A stretch of DNA of 30,472 nt from Anaerolineales bacterium (GTDB lineage Bacteria; Chloroflexota; Anaerolineae; Anaerolineales; Villigracilaceae). The DNA lies in the NCBI GenBank assembly GCA_024763295.1, contig JANTFU010000001.1:1-30472 (forward strand). Reading direction: 5' to 3'. The number at the start of each line of letters is the position of its first letter. Position 1 is the stretch's first letter. The notes below the pieces were generated by a model that saw only the letters and a program-made list of their open reading frames with translations, did no database searches and was not told the origin of the DNA. The position numbers and the translations under genes are program-made. Shown here in pieces: positions 1 through 7,973 of this stretch.

Positions 1-1
1 C

Positions 2-52
2 TACAGCCCCTGGAAAATTGGTAGCAGTTTCCGCATTCGGAGGGTCAAATGA
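2..52 (+). CDS. 3' end of upstream gene, probably biotin carboxylase subunit (partial)
   Basis: The frame from position 2 reads YSPWKIGSSFRIRRVK*. Its TGA (50-52) overlaps the ATG at 49-51 (ATGA coupling). SPW...FR resembles the end of the biotin carboxylase region of methylcrotonyl-CoA carboxylase alpha chains. Only 16 codons are visible. Confidence 0.45.
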   Translation, partial: YSPWKIGSSFRIRRVK

Positions 53-540
53 AATCCCATTTTGAATATAAAGGCGAAAGCTATGCGCTCGATGTGACCC
101 CGCTCGGCGAGGGCTATCAAGTGCAATTTGGCGAGCAGAGGGCGGAAGTCCATTTTGCGCGCGGGGCGGATGGGCAGGTGGTCTTCATTTTGGATGGGCG
201 CAAGGTGGAGGCGCACGTCAGCGCCGACGGGAAGCGGAGGTGGGTCTCGTTCGGCGGGCAGACGTGGATGCTCGAAAAAACATCCGGCGTGGCGAGGGGC
301 GCTGGCGGCGGGAACGCTTCCGGACGTCTGCTTGCTCCCATGCCCGGACAGGTGCGGGCGGTGAACGTTTCGGTGGGCGACGCCATTAAAAAAGGGCAGA
401 CTTTGCTCGTTTTAGAAGCGATGAAGATGGAAATCCGTATCCAAGCGCCGATGGAAGGAATTGTTGGGCGTTTGGCTGTTGTCGAGGGGCAGACGGTGGA
501 GAGGGAAGAGTTGTTGGTGGAAGTGGATAAAACTGAGTAG
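49..540 (+). CDS. Biotin carboxyl carrier subunit of an acyl-CoA carboxylase (N-terminal BT-like region plus biotinyl domain)
   Basis: APMPG and EAMKME biotinylation motif, Gly/Ala linker, C-terminal biotinyl fold. Confidence 0.92.
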   Translation: MKSHFEYKGESYALDVTPLGEGYQVQFGEQRAEVHFARGADGQVVFILDGRKVEAHVSADGKRRWVSFGGQTWMLEKTSGVARGAGGGNASGRLLAPMPGQVRAVNVSVGDAIKKGQTLLVLEAMKMEIRIQAPMEGIVGRLAVVEGQTVEREELLVEVDKTE

Positions 541-613
541 AAGAAAGATGAAAGAGGAAAGAGGGTTGGACAGTTTGCAGTCTTTCTTCTTTCCTCTTTC
601 CCGAGGAGAAAAA

Positions 614-1066
614 ATGACCGGCAAATACTACAACGAACTCACAGTTGGACAAAAAATCAAACACACCAACGGCAGAACTGTGACCGAGATGGACAACGTC
701 ATGTTCTCAATGCTGACGATGAACACCCAGCCGTTGCATTCGAACGAAGATTTCGCATCCAAGACGCAGTTCGGGCAGCGGATCGTCAACGGGATTTTCA
801 CGCTCGGCTTGGTGACCGGGCTAACCGTCCCCGAGTTGACCGAGGGCACCATCGTCGCCAATCTCGGCTATGAGCGGGTCGTGCATCCCAATCCGCTTTT
901 TCATGGGGAGACGGTCTATGCCGAGAGCGAAGTGCTGGAAATGCGCGAATCCAAGTCGAAGCCGAACGTGGGCATTGTCCGCTTGAAGCATTGGGGCAAA
1001 AAGCCCGATGGGACGGTAGTCGTCGAGTTTGAGCGGACGGTGATGTTTTTAAAACGTGATGCCTGA
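614..1066 (+). CDS. MaoC-family (hot-dog fold) acyl-CoA hydratase/dehydratase
   Basis: GRTVTEMDNVMF..LTMNTQPLH and P.FHGETVYAE motifs. Start reassigned to ATG 614 behind the GAGGAG RBS; the ORF-track extension from 461 overlaps the BCCP gene. Confidence 0.9.
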   Translation: MTGKYYNELTVGQKIKHTNGRTVTEMDNVMFSMLTMNTQPLHSNEDFASKTQFGQRIVNGIFTLGLVTGLTVPELTEGTIVANLGYERVVHPNPLFHGETVYAESEVLEMRESKSKPNVGIVRLKHWGKKPDGTVVVEFERTVMFLKRDA

Positions 1067-1087
1067 CGAGTGAAAAGTGAATTTAAA

Positions 1088-1295
1088 GCGCTAATCTGCA
1101 CCGATCTACGCGAAAGTGTTTTGAAAGATTAGAGACCGTTTGAAAAGTGCTTCCTTCAGCAAACCAACCCTCGTCAAAGATAAAATAACCGCAAATTTAC
1201 GCCAATCTACGCCAAAAATATCCTTGAGAGCGCAAGTGATTAGCGAAAATTCGCGCAGATTAGCGCTTCAAAAGAGGTTTTAAACAGCTTCTTAG
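1088..1295. repeat. Cluster of imperfect palindromes (GATTAGCG/ATTCGCG family) overlapping a possible MITE with CTGTTTAA-type ends
   Basis: GCGCTAATCTGC (1088-1099) is the exact reverse complement of GCAGATTAGCGC (1255-1266). TTAGAGACCGTTTGAAAA (from 1129) and TTTTAAACAGCTTCTTAG (to 1295) resemble the ends seen at 5036-5053 and 18062-18078. Confidence 0.7.
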
Positions 1296-1323
1296 GATTC
1301 ACGGAAAAACAACTTGCACATTT

Positions 1324-1358
1324 AAAACCTGACAGGTCTTAGAGACCCGTCAGGTTTT
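1324..1358. repeat. REP-like palindrome, AAACCTGACAGGT family, copy 1
   Basis: AAAACCTGACAGGTC-TTAGA-GACCCGTCAGGTTTT; near-identical arms recur at 5718-5750. Confidence 0.85.
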
Positions 1359-1573
1359 GGCTGTTTTATTTAATCATCATTCCTTAGCAAAAACTGTGGC
1401 GATTAGCGCTTATTTTATCCATCGACGTGCGATCTTGGATAGCTGGAGTTTTTTAAACCTCGCCAAGGCAGCAAATTTTACGCGAGTTCATCAACTTATT
1501 TGACAACTTCAAATTATTTCCCTAAGTCGTGTAAAATAAGGGCAAGTGTTTTAAACGAATTCAGGAGTGCCGT

Positions 1574-2413
1574 ATGACCAAAATCCTAACCGACACCACA
1601 TCCGGGCTTTCATTGCAAGATGCCCAAGAGCTAGGCATCCATCTCATTCCGCAAATAGTTAACTTTGGGGAAGATTCCTATCGTGACGACACCGAACTGG
1701 ATTCGGCAACTTTCCTGCAAAAATTACGCGCTGCCGAAGAATTACCCAAAACCGCTGCGCCGCCGCCCGCTCTCTATAACGATATTTTCCGTCAAGTCAA
1801 TGAAAGCGGCGAAGACCTGATTTGCCTGCACCCCTCCGCCAAGGTTAGCGGGACAGTGCGTTCTGCCACGGCTGCCAAAGCGGATTTTCCCAACGCCAAT
1901 ATTCACATTGTGGACACGCAAACTATCGCCGGACCGCTCGCGACCCTGGTCTTGCTCGCTGCGCAATGGGCAAAAGACGGCATCCCGGCACAGATTATCC
2001 TCGACGGCATCGAAGATATGATGGCGCAACAAAAAGTTTATTTTCTCGTCGATACGCTGGAATACCTGCAAAAGGGCGGGCGCATCGGTGGAGCGCAGGC
2101 ACTACTCGGTAAAATGCTCAGCATCAAACCGATTTTGACCATGCTCGATGGGCAGGTCGAAGCCTTCGAGCAAGCGCGTACCAAGAAAAAAGCCCTTGCC
2201 AGGCTCGTTGATCTCGTCGTCGAACAAGCCGATCGGGAGGGCGGTCCGCATATCTGTGTAATGCACAGCGGAGCACGCATTGACGCCATCGACTTGATTG
2301 AATCCCTGCGTGCCGAAACCGGCGTCCAAAATATCCCCCTCTACGAATTACCGCCCGCAATCATCGTCCACGCGGGACCGGGCGCGCTGGCAGTTGGCTT
2401 TATCAGCAAATAA
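1574..2413 (+). CDS. DegV family fatty-acid-binding protein
   Basis: ILTDTTSGL start, P+TAAPPP, LEYLQKGGRIG, L.IKPIL, VHAGPGALAV; GGAG RBS. Confidence 0.95.
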   Translation: MTKILTDTTSGLSLQDAQELGIHLIPQIVNFGEDSYRDDTELDSATFLQKLRAAEELPKTAAPPPALYNDIFRQVNESGEDLICLHPSAKVSGTVRSATAAKADFPNANIHIVDTQTIAGPLATLVLLAAQWAKDGIPAQIILDGIEDMMAQQKVYFLVDTLEYLQKGGRIGGAQALLGKMLSIKPILTMLDGQVEAFEQARTKKKALARLVDLVVEQADREGGPHICVMHSGARIDAIDLIESLRAETGVQNIPLYELPPAIIVHAGPGALAVGFISK

Positions 2414-2418
2414 GCAAA

Positions 2419-2453
2419 TCGGATGCTTTGAATAGCATCCCGTTTTGTTTTTT
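2419..2453 (+). terminator. Probable intrinsic terminator after the DegV gene
   Basis: GGATGCT-N6-AGCATCC stem followed by a T-rich tract. Confidence 0.6.
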
Positions 2454-2460
2454 ACGCCGC

Positions 2461-2489
2461 TTCACAAAAAAAAATCATCCCGTTATAAT
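2461..2489 (+). promoter_or_regulatory. Sigma70-type promoter for yebC-ruvC-ruvA
   Basis: TTCACA (2461-2466), 17-bp spacer, TATAAT (2484-2489). Confidence 0.7.
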
Positions 2490-2545
2490 AGGCGGGCTAT
2501 TAACAAAGACAAGCACCTGCAAAAGGGTGAAAGAAGGAGAACTCC

Positions 2546-3301
2546 ATGTCCGGTCATTCCAAGTGGTCTACGATTAAAAGAAAAAAGGGCGTTGCCGATG
2601 CCAAACGCGGCGCCGAATTTACGCGCCTGAGCCGCGAAGTGACGCTGGCTGCCCGCGAAGGCGGCGGCGACCCCGATACCAACTTCCGTTTGCGCTTAGC
2701 AGTGGATAAAGCGCGTGCCGCCAACATGCCTAAAGATAATATCGAGCGCTCAATCAAAAAAGGCACCGGCGAAGATAAAGACGGCGTCGATTTTGAAGAA
2801 GTAACCTACGAAGGTTACGCGCCCAACGGTGTAGCGGTCATGCTGGAGTGCATGACCGAAAATCGCAACCGCACAGTTGCCGAAATTCGGCACGGATTGA
2901 GCAAGGGCGGCGGCAGTCTCGGCGAAAACGGCTCGGTTGCCTGGCAATTTGACCGCATTGCTTACTTCACTTTTTCAGAAGATAAAATGGATTTTGACAG
3001 CGCTTTTGAACTGGCAATTGAAGCCGGCGCAGACGATGTGACGGTAGATGATGGTGAGATTGAAATCGTCGGTCCCGTTGCAAGTTTCAAAGAAATCGGT
3101 GACGCGCTCAAAGCCGCCAATGTTGAAGTCGAAGATGCCGGTTTGCGTCTGGAACCGAAACAGGAAATAGCCTTAGGCGTAGAAGATACCCTCAAAGTTT
3201 TACGGGTTATCGAAAACCTCGAAGAACTCGACGATGTCCAAAACGTCTATCACAACATGAGCATCTCTGATGAAGCGATGGCAGCCCTCGAAGCTGAATA
3301 A
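2546..3301 (+). CDS. yebC: YebC/PmpR family protein
   Basis: MSGHSKWSTIKRKKG, NMPKDNIERSIKK, YEGYAPNGVA, TENRNRT, LEELDDVQNVYHN; located upstream of ruvC. Confidence 0.97.
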   Translation: MSGHSKWSTIKRKKGVADAKRGAEFTRLSREVTLAAREGGGDPDTNFRLRLAVDKARAANMPKDNIERSIKKGTGEDKDGVDFEEVTYEGYAPNGVAVMLECMTENRNRTVAEIRHGLSKGGGSLGENGSVAWQFDRIAYFTFSEDKMDFDSAFELAIEAGADDVTVDDGEIEIVGPVASFKEIGDALKAANVEVEDAGLRLEPKQEIALGVEDTLKVLRVIENLEELDDVQNVYHNMSISDEAMAALEAE

Positions 3302-3316
3302 GACGAAAAATTACCC

Positions 3317-3364
3317 CAATTTACACGAAAAAAGATTTACGAAAATTTACGCGGATTAGCGGTT
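3317..3364. repeat. GATTAGCG-family repeat remnant
   Basis: ATTTACGAAAATTTACGCGGATTAGCGGTT resembles 1239-1268, 5054-5078 and 12006-12031. Confidence 0.6.
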
Positions 3365-3377
3365 TCCATAAAAAATC

Positions 3378-3857
3378 ATGAGTCTCGTTCTCGGTATTGA
3401 CCCCGGCACAGCCACGCTTGGCTATGGCTTCGTGCGTCAAAACCGTGATACCAGCCTCGAAGCGATTGCATACGGCGTCATCACCACTTCGCCTAAAATG
3501 CCCGCCCACGAGCGTTTGGTAAAGATTTACAACGAACTCAACGAACTTTTACTTCTCCATCGCCCCGATAAGGCAGCGGTGGAGAAGTTGTTTTTTCAAA
3601 AGAACGTCACAAACGCAATCGCCGTTGGGCAAGCGCGCGGCGTTGTGATGCTTGCTCTCGCCCAAGCCGGGCTAGACCCTGCCGAATATACACCCAACGA
3701 AATCAAACTCGCAGTTGCCGGATACGGCTCTGCGGGCAAGCGCCAAGTTCAAGAAATGGTGCGCATGCTGCTCGTCCTCGAGAAAATTCCGCGTCCCGAT
3801 GACGCCGCCGATGCCCTCGCCGTCGCTATCACCCATCTGCATACCAATCGTTACTAA
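3378..3857 (+). CDS. ruvC: Holliday junction resolvase RuvC
   Basis: VLGIDPG, AVEKLFF, YTPNEIK...G.G.A.K.QVQEMV, DDAADALAVA. Confidence 0.97.
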   Translation: MSLVLGIDPGTATLGYGFVRQNRDTSLEAIAYGVITTSPKMPAHERLVKIYNELNELLLLHRPDKAAVEKLFFQKNVTNAIAVGQARGVVMLALAQAGLDPAEYTPNEIKLAVAGYGSAGKRQVQEMVRMLLVLEKIPRPDDAADALAVAITHLHTNRY

Positions 3858-3903
3858 ATTCCAAGGCACAAAAACCGAGTGCCTGCCACCGAAAGAGACA
3901 ATT

Positions 3904-4479
3904 ATGATCGCCACCCTGCGCGGAGAAATCACCCTCAAAGAAGAAGATGCCCTGATCGTCGAGACCAACGGCATCGGGATGCGCGTCCACGTCACCGCCA
4001 CTCTGCGCGAAAGTGCGAAAGTTGGCGAGCGGATGCTGCTCTACACGCATTTCGTCGTCCGGCAGGATGCCATGTCACTCTACGGATTTGAGACGTTAAG
4101 CGAACGTGACCTTTACACGCTCCTACTCTCAGTCAGTGGAATCGGTCCCAAACTTGCGCTCGCCATCTTATCCAGTCTCAATCCCGATACCGTTAAAAGA
4201 GCGGTCTTCAACGAAGAGCACGATATCCTTAACCGCGTTCCCGGCGTGGGGAAAAAAACCGCCCAGCGCATCGTACTCGCCCTGCAAGACAAGCTCAAAC
4301 CAACCGACGCCCTCGCCGAAGTGGCTGCCCTCACCGACACCGACAGCGAAGTTCTCGAAGCCCTAACGGCTCTCGGCTACAGCGTCGTCGAAGCACAGAC
4401 CGCGCTTCAATCCTTACCCAAGGACGCGCCCAAAGATGTAGAAGAACGTCTGCGTTTGGCGTTGGGGTATTTTCAGTAG
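3904..4479 (+). CDS. ruvA: Holliday junction branch migration protein RuvA
   Basis: MIATLRG start, HhH motifs VSGIGPKLAL and VPGVGKKTAQRI, ALTALGYS. Start reassigned from 3715. Confidence 0.97.
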   Translation: MIATLRGEITLKEEDALIVETNGIGMRVHVTATLRESAKVGERMLLYTHFVVRQDAMSLYGFETLSERDLYTLLLSVSGIGPKLALAILSSLNPDTVKRAVFNEEHDILNRVPGVGKKTAQRIVLALQDKLKPTDALAEVAALTDTDSEVLEALTALGYSVVEAQTALQSLPKDAPKDVEERLRLALGYFQ

Positions 4480-4568
4480 CGCCTATCCTAAAAGACTACA
4501 GATCGTCGAAGCACCGAGGCGTGCGTCGCACCAATTTCGACGAGAAAATGCCTAGGGATGGTTTTTTG

Positions 4569-4822
4569 CTAGTTCTAACGGATTTTGTGGTTTGCAGTTT
4601 TTCGGGCATCACAGCGCCGATTTCCCCGTCCACATGGACTTTGTAAAACTAGCACGGTCGGTTTTAGCGCCGTGCGGACACCGGAATCAACAAAAATCTT
4701 GCCTAAAAACGCGATTTTGCCTATTAATTTTGCTCGCACGGACGTAAACGAACCGTGCTCCATCTGCGAAGCCCACTAAAGTGGACTGTAAAAAGCGTGA
4801 CCACAAATTCCGGTAGAAGCAG
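4569..4822. mobile_element. Nested MITE A (254 bp, extensively palindromic)
   Basis: Inverted ends TTCTAACGGATTTTGTGGT / ACCACAAATTCCGGTAGAA (17 of 19 match). Flanked by GTTTTTTG (4561-4568) and TTTTTTTG (4823-4830). Internal inverted arms AGCACGGTCGGTTT / AAACGAACCGTGCT. Confidence 0.75.
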
Positions 4823-4841
4823 TTTTTTTGTTCTTTTACAA

Positions 4842-4981
4842 GTAACTGCCTACCCACACAATTCATGCCACCGCGAGCGGCTGGCTGGGTAAAGCTCAGC
4901 TTTGCGAAGCGGTCTCCCGCACGGGGAGGGGATTGCTTCACCCCGAAAAGCATCGGGGTTCGCAATGACGTAGGTAGTTAC
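4842..4981. mobile_element. Nested MITE B (140 bp; GTCATTGCG/GAAGCAATC palindrome core)
   Basis: 12-bp TIR GTAACTGCCTAC / GTAGGTAGTTAC (1 mismatch), exact 8-bp target duplication TTTTACAA (4834-4841 and 4982-4989), and a second diverged copy at 16273-16400. Confidence 0.88.
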
Positions 4982-5160
4982 TTTTACAAGCAGAATGCCC
5001 ATCGAGTTAGGTGCGACGCACGCTACAGAGACCCTTTTTAAACAGTTTCTTAGCGAAGATTAGCGTAAATTCGCGGTTATTTTATCCATCCGCTATTCTC
5101 TTGGTGAGCCGGATACTTCTCAAATCGCCTTTTGATAGGAGTAGGCGGTCATCCACACGC

Positions 5161-5203
5161 AAACATCCAAACTTTCCAACCTTCCAACATTCAAACATTC
5201 AAC
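5161..5203. repeat. Heptamer tandem repeat ((T/C)TCCAAC-like)
   Basis: AAACATC CAAACTT TCCAACC TTCCAAC ATTCAAAC ATTCAAC; similar tracts at 10788-10807 and 22508-22545. Confidence 0.75.
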
Positions 5204-5215
5204 GAAGCGCCCCAC

Positions 5216-5244
5216 TTGCCCCTTCCCTCCCCCTGCCGTATAAT
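5216..5244 (+). promoter_or_regulatory. Sigma70-type promoter for tsaE, probably leaderless
   Basis: TTGCCC (5216-5221), 17-bp spacer, TATAAT (5239-5244). The ATG is 6 nt later and there is no SD. Confidence 0.7.
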
Positions 5245-5250
5245 CGACTT

Positions 5251-5736
5251 ATGTCCAAACAGGATTTGAATCTCATCAGCCAAAGCGCCGACCAAACCCG
5301 CCAGCTTGGCAAAACGCTCGGCGCATTGCTCAATGCAGGCGATGTCATCTGTTTGCAGGGTGATCTTGGCGCAGGCAAAACCACGCTTGTGCAAGGTTTG
5401 GCGCAGGGATGGGGATCGCTTGATCCCGTATCCAGCCCGACCTTCATCATCGTCAATGTTTACCGCCGCGCCGATGAAACTGAGCTTTACCACCTCGACA
5501 CCTACCGTCTCGAATCCGCGCCCGAAGCCGCCATGCTCGACCTCGACGACATGCTTGATGCCGGTCCGCTCGTCATCGAATGGGCAGAGCGTATCGAAAG
5601 CATCCTGCCCGCCGAACGGCTCTGGCTCAAGCTCGAACACATCGACGAAGAAAAGCGCGGCATTCAAATCAACGCCGTTGGCGCGGCGTACGAAAACCTG
5701 CTCGAAAAAATCAACGCAAACCTGACAGGTTTTTAA
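5251..5736 (+). CDS. tsaE: tRNA threonylcarbamoyladenosine biosynthesis ATPase TsaE
   Basis: L.GDLGAGKTTLVQG Walker A, VSSPTFIIVNVY, LYHLDTYRL, LVIEWAE. Start reassigned from 5011. Confidence 0.96.
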   Translation: MSKQDLNLISQSADQTRQLGKTLGALLNAGDVICLQGDLGAGKTTLVQGLAQGWGSLDPVSSPTFIIVNVYRRADETELYHLDTYRLESAPEAAMLDLDDMLDAGPLVIEWAERIESILPAERLWLKLEHIDEEKRGIQINAVGAAYENLLEKINANLTGF

Positions 5737-5750
5737 AACCTGTCAGGTTT
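5718..5750. repeat. REP-like palindrome, AAACCTGACAGGT family, copy 2, overlapping the tsaE stop
   Basis: AAACCTGACAGGTTTT-T-AAAACCTGTCAGGTTT; tsaE codons NLTGF* lie inside it. Confidence 0.88.
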
Positions 5751-5766
5751 CAATTACGGAAACCTT

Positions 5767-6441
5767 ATGCTCCTCGCAGTTGATACATCTACCACGCAAA
5801 TCGGCATCGCACTCTACGACGGCACGCAAGTCATCGGCGAAATGCTCTGGCATGGCAAATTGCGGCATACCACCAGCCTCGCGCCCAGCGTCGCCGATCT
5901 GCTCGAACGCACCAACACCCAAATGGACGCCATCGAAGCCCTCGCCATTGCGCTGGGACCCGGTTCCTTCACCTCCCTGCGGGTGGGCTTGGCTTTTGTG
6001 AAGGGATTGGCGCTCGCGCGCCGCGTGCCGCTAATCGGCATCCGCACATTGGATATGCTGGCTGCGGCACAGCCCGTATCCGCGCCTGATTTGGGCTTGG
6101 TTGCCGTCCTACAAGCCGGGCGCGGACGTTTGGCGGTTGCCCGTTATCACGCCCCCGACGGGCAGATGTGGCAACCGGCTGGCGAGCCAACCGTCATGCG
6201 GATTGACGAATTAATGGAATCTATCCACAGCCCGACGCTGGTCTGTGGAGAACTGAGCGCCGACGAGCGCAAAGCCTTAGCGGACGCTGATCGGGTTCAG
6301 TTGGGTTCGCCCACGCAATGTACGCGGCGTCCTGCTTTCCTCGCCGAACTGGCTTGGAAACGGTATCAAGCCAATGACACGGACGATGCGGCATCCCTCG
6401 CGCCGATCTATGTGCATGTGGGGGAACCGATTCCGGGATAA
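5767..6441 (+). CDS. tsaB: tRNA threonylcarbamoyladenosine biosynthesis protein TsaB
   Basis: LLAVDTST, GPGSFTSLRVGLA..KGLA, APIY near the C-terminus; follows tsaE. Confidence 0.96.
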   Translation: MLLAVDTSTTQIGIALYDGTQVIGEMLWHGKLRHTTSLAPSVADLLERTNTQMDAIEALAIALGPGSFTSLRVGLAFVKGLALARRVPLIGIRTLDMLAAAQPVSAPDLGLVAVLQAGRGRLAVARYHAPDGQMWQPAGEPTVMRIDELMESIHSPTLVCGELSADERKALADADRVQLGSPTQCTRRPAFLAELAWKRYQANDTDDAASLAPIYVHVGEPIPG

Positions 6442-6450
6442 ACAATCATC

Positions 6451-6565
6451 CAGTCCCTGAGCGGAGGGCAGAGCGAATGCGAAGCCCGTAGTCGAAGGGC
6501 GCGTTCATGGCAATCCGTCCTTCGACTACGCTCTTCCTTTCAGTCATCGCTCCGCTCAGGAACTG
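6451..6565. repeat. Palindromic element, CCTGAGC/GTCGAAGG...CCTTCGAC family
   Basis: Terminal arms CAGTCCCTGAGCGGAG / CTCCGCTCAGGAACTG (1 mismatch) and inner arms GTAGTCGAAGG / CCTTCGACTAC. Confidence 0.85.
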
Positions 6566-6593
6566 ACCTTCATTCTCGAAATGGAAAAATCAA

Positions 6594-7913
6594 ATGACAA
6601 TCAAAGAAAATTTGCTCAAAAAGCTCGAAAATAAAAGCGCTAAAATGGCAGTGCTGGGACTTGGCTACGTTGGCTTGCCGCTGGCGGTCGTTTTTGGCGA
6701 GGCCGGTTTCAACGTCATCGGCATTGACCCTGACCAACGCAAAGTGGATTCGCTGAATGACGGCGTTTCCTATATTCCTGATGTGCCGACCGCTGACGTG
6801 GCGCGGCTTGCCAAATCCGGCAATCTGGTGGCGACGACCGATTTCGCGGCGTTGAAAGACGTGGACGCGGTTAGCATTTGCGTGCCAACGCCGCTGCGCA
6901 AGACAGGCGACCCCGATATGTCGTTTATCGACGCGGCAACTTCGGAACTGGCAAAATATGTCCATGCGGGGATGGTAATTGTGCTCGAATCGACGACCTA
7001 CCCCGGCACGACGCGCGAGATGATTTTGCCGATGCTGACCGAGCAAAGCGGTTTGACGGTTGGCGAAGATCTCTTTTTGTGCTTCTCGCCGGAGCGCGTT
7101 GACCCCGGACGTGAAGATTTCACCACCGTCAATACGCCGAAGGTTTTGGGCGGCGTCACCGCCGCCTGCACGGAAGTGGCGCATACTTGGTACAGCGGCG
7201 CAATCAAAACCGTTGTTCCGGTTTCATCGGCGGAGGCAGCCGAGATGTCGAAACTGCTCGAAAACACCTTCCGCATGATCAATATCGGTTTGGTGAATGA
7301 GTTGGCAATTATGTGTGACCGCCTCGGCGTGGATGTTTGGGAAGTGATAGACGCCGCCGCGACGAAGCCCTTTGGCTTTATGAAGTTCACCCCCGGCCCC
7401 GGTTTGGGCGGGCACTGCATCCCGATTGACCCGCTTTATCTTTCGTGGAAGATGAAAGCCGTCAATTACAACGCGCGTTTCATTGAACTGGCGTCCGAAA
7501 TCAACACCGGTATGCCGCGCTATGTGGTTGCCAAAGTGCAGGATGCGCTCAATGAGCATGAAAAGCCGATTAAGGGCAGCAAGGTGCTGGTGATTGGCGC
7601 TGCTTATAAACCCGACATCGACGATTTACGCGAATCGCCTGCGCTCGATGTGATCGGTTTACTCACAGAAAAGGGCGCGGCTGTTGAATATCACGACCCC
7701 TACTGCCCCTCGCTGCACACCCACGAAGGCGCGATGATGTACAGCGTCCCCGATATGCTCGCAGCCGCCGAAAAAGCGGATTGTGCGGTTATCATCACCA
7801 ATCACAAGGTCTACGATTATGATGCCTTGCTCGAAAAAGCGAAGCTGATTGTCGATACGCGGAATGCGCTTGGTAAGACAGGGCGTGCAAACCCGAAGGT
7901 TTTTGGGTTGTAA
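6594..7913 (+). CDS. Nucleotide-sugar dehydrogenase (UDP-GlcNAc/ManNAc 6-dehydrogenase, WecC/WbpA-like)
   Basis: GLGYVGLPLA, ICVPTPL, LESTTYPGTT, SPERVDPG, KLLENTFR, GPGLGGHCIPIDP, YKPDIDDLRESP. Confidence 0.95.
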   Translation: MTIKENLLKKLENKSAKMAVLGLGYVGLPLAVVFGEAGFNVIGIDPDQRKVDSLNDGVSYIPDVPTADVARLAKSGNLVATTDFAALKDVDAVSICVPTPLRKTGDPDMSFIDAATSELAKYVHAGMVIVLESTTYPGTTREMILPMLTEQSGLTVGEDLFLCFSPERVDPGREDFTTVNTPKVLGGVTAACTEVAHTWYSGAIKTVVPVSSAEAAEMSKLLENTFRMINIGLVNELAIMCDRLGVDVWEVIDAAATKPFGFMKFTPGPGLGGHCIPIDPLYLSWKMKAVNYNARFIELASEINTGMPRYVVAKVQDALNEHEKPIKGSKVLVIGAAYKPDIDDLRESPALDVIGLLTEKGAAVEYHDPYCPSLHTHEGAMMYSVPDMLAAAEKADCAVIITNHKVYDYDALLEKAKLIVDTRNALGKTGRANPKVFGL

Positions 7914-7924
7914 TTTAGAAAACA

Positions 7925-7951
7925 GTAGGGGCGGGGGGACCCCGCCCCTAC
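7925..7951. repeat. GTAGGGGCG...CGCCCCTAC REP, copy 1
   Basis: GTAGGGGCGGG-GGGAC-CCCGCCCCTAC; the GTAG-terminated hairpin is typical of REP sequences. Confidence 0.85.
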
Positions 7952-7973
7952 GCGATTAAGAAAGACGTTTTTT

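Larger units (their letters stand above)
4517..5053. mobile_element. Outer MITE-like element (GGTGCGACGCA/CTGTTTAA family) interrupted by two nested inserts
   Basis: Removing 4569-4830 and 4842-4989 gives about 125 bp that aligns closely with the reverse complement of 18062-18188. Confidence 0.85.

Noticed and set aside
1067-1573. Possible CRISPR array or structured ncRNA/riboswitch in the repeat-rich gap
   Set aside because: There are no equal-length direct repeats with unique spacers and no riboswitch consensus I recognise; the hairpins belong to dispersed repeat families.
4575-5250. ORFs 4575-4763, 4585-4779, 4687-4965 and the 80-aa N-terminal extension of TsaE
   Set aside because: They lie within nested MITEs and heptamer repeats and have no transposase motifs. 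The tsaE start at 5251 fits the family length and the promoter.
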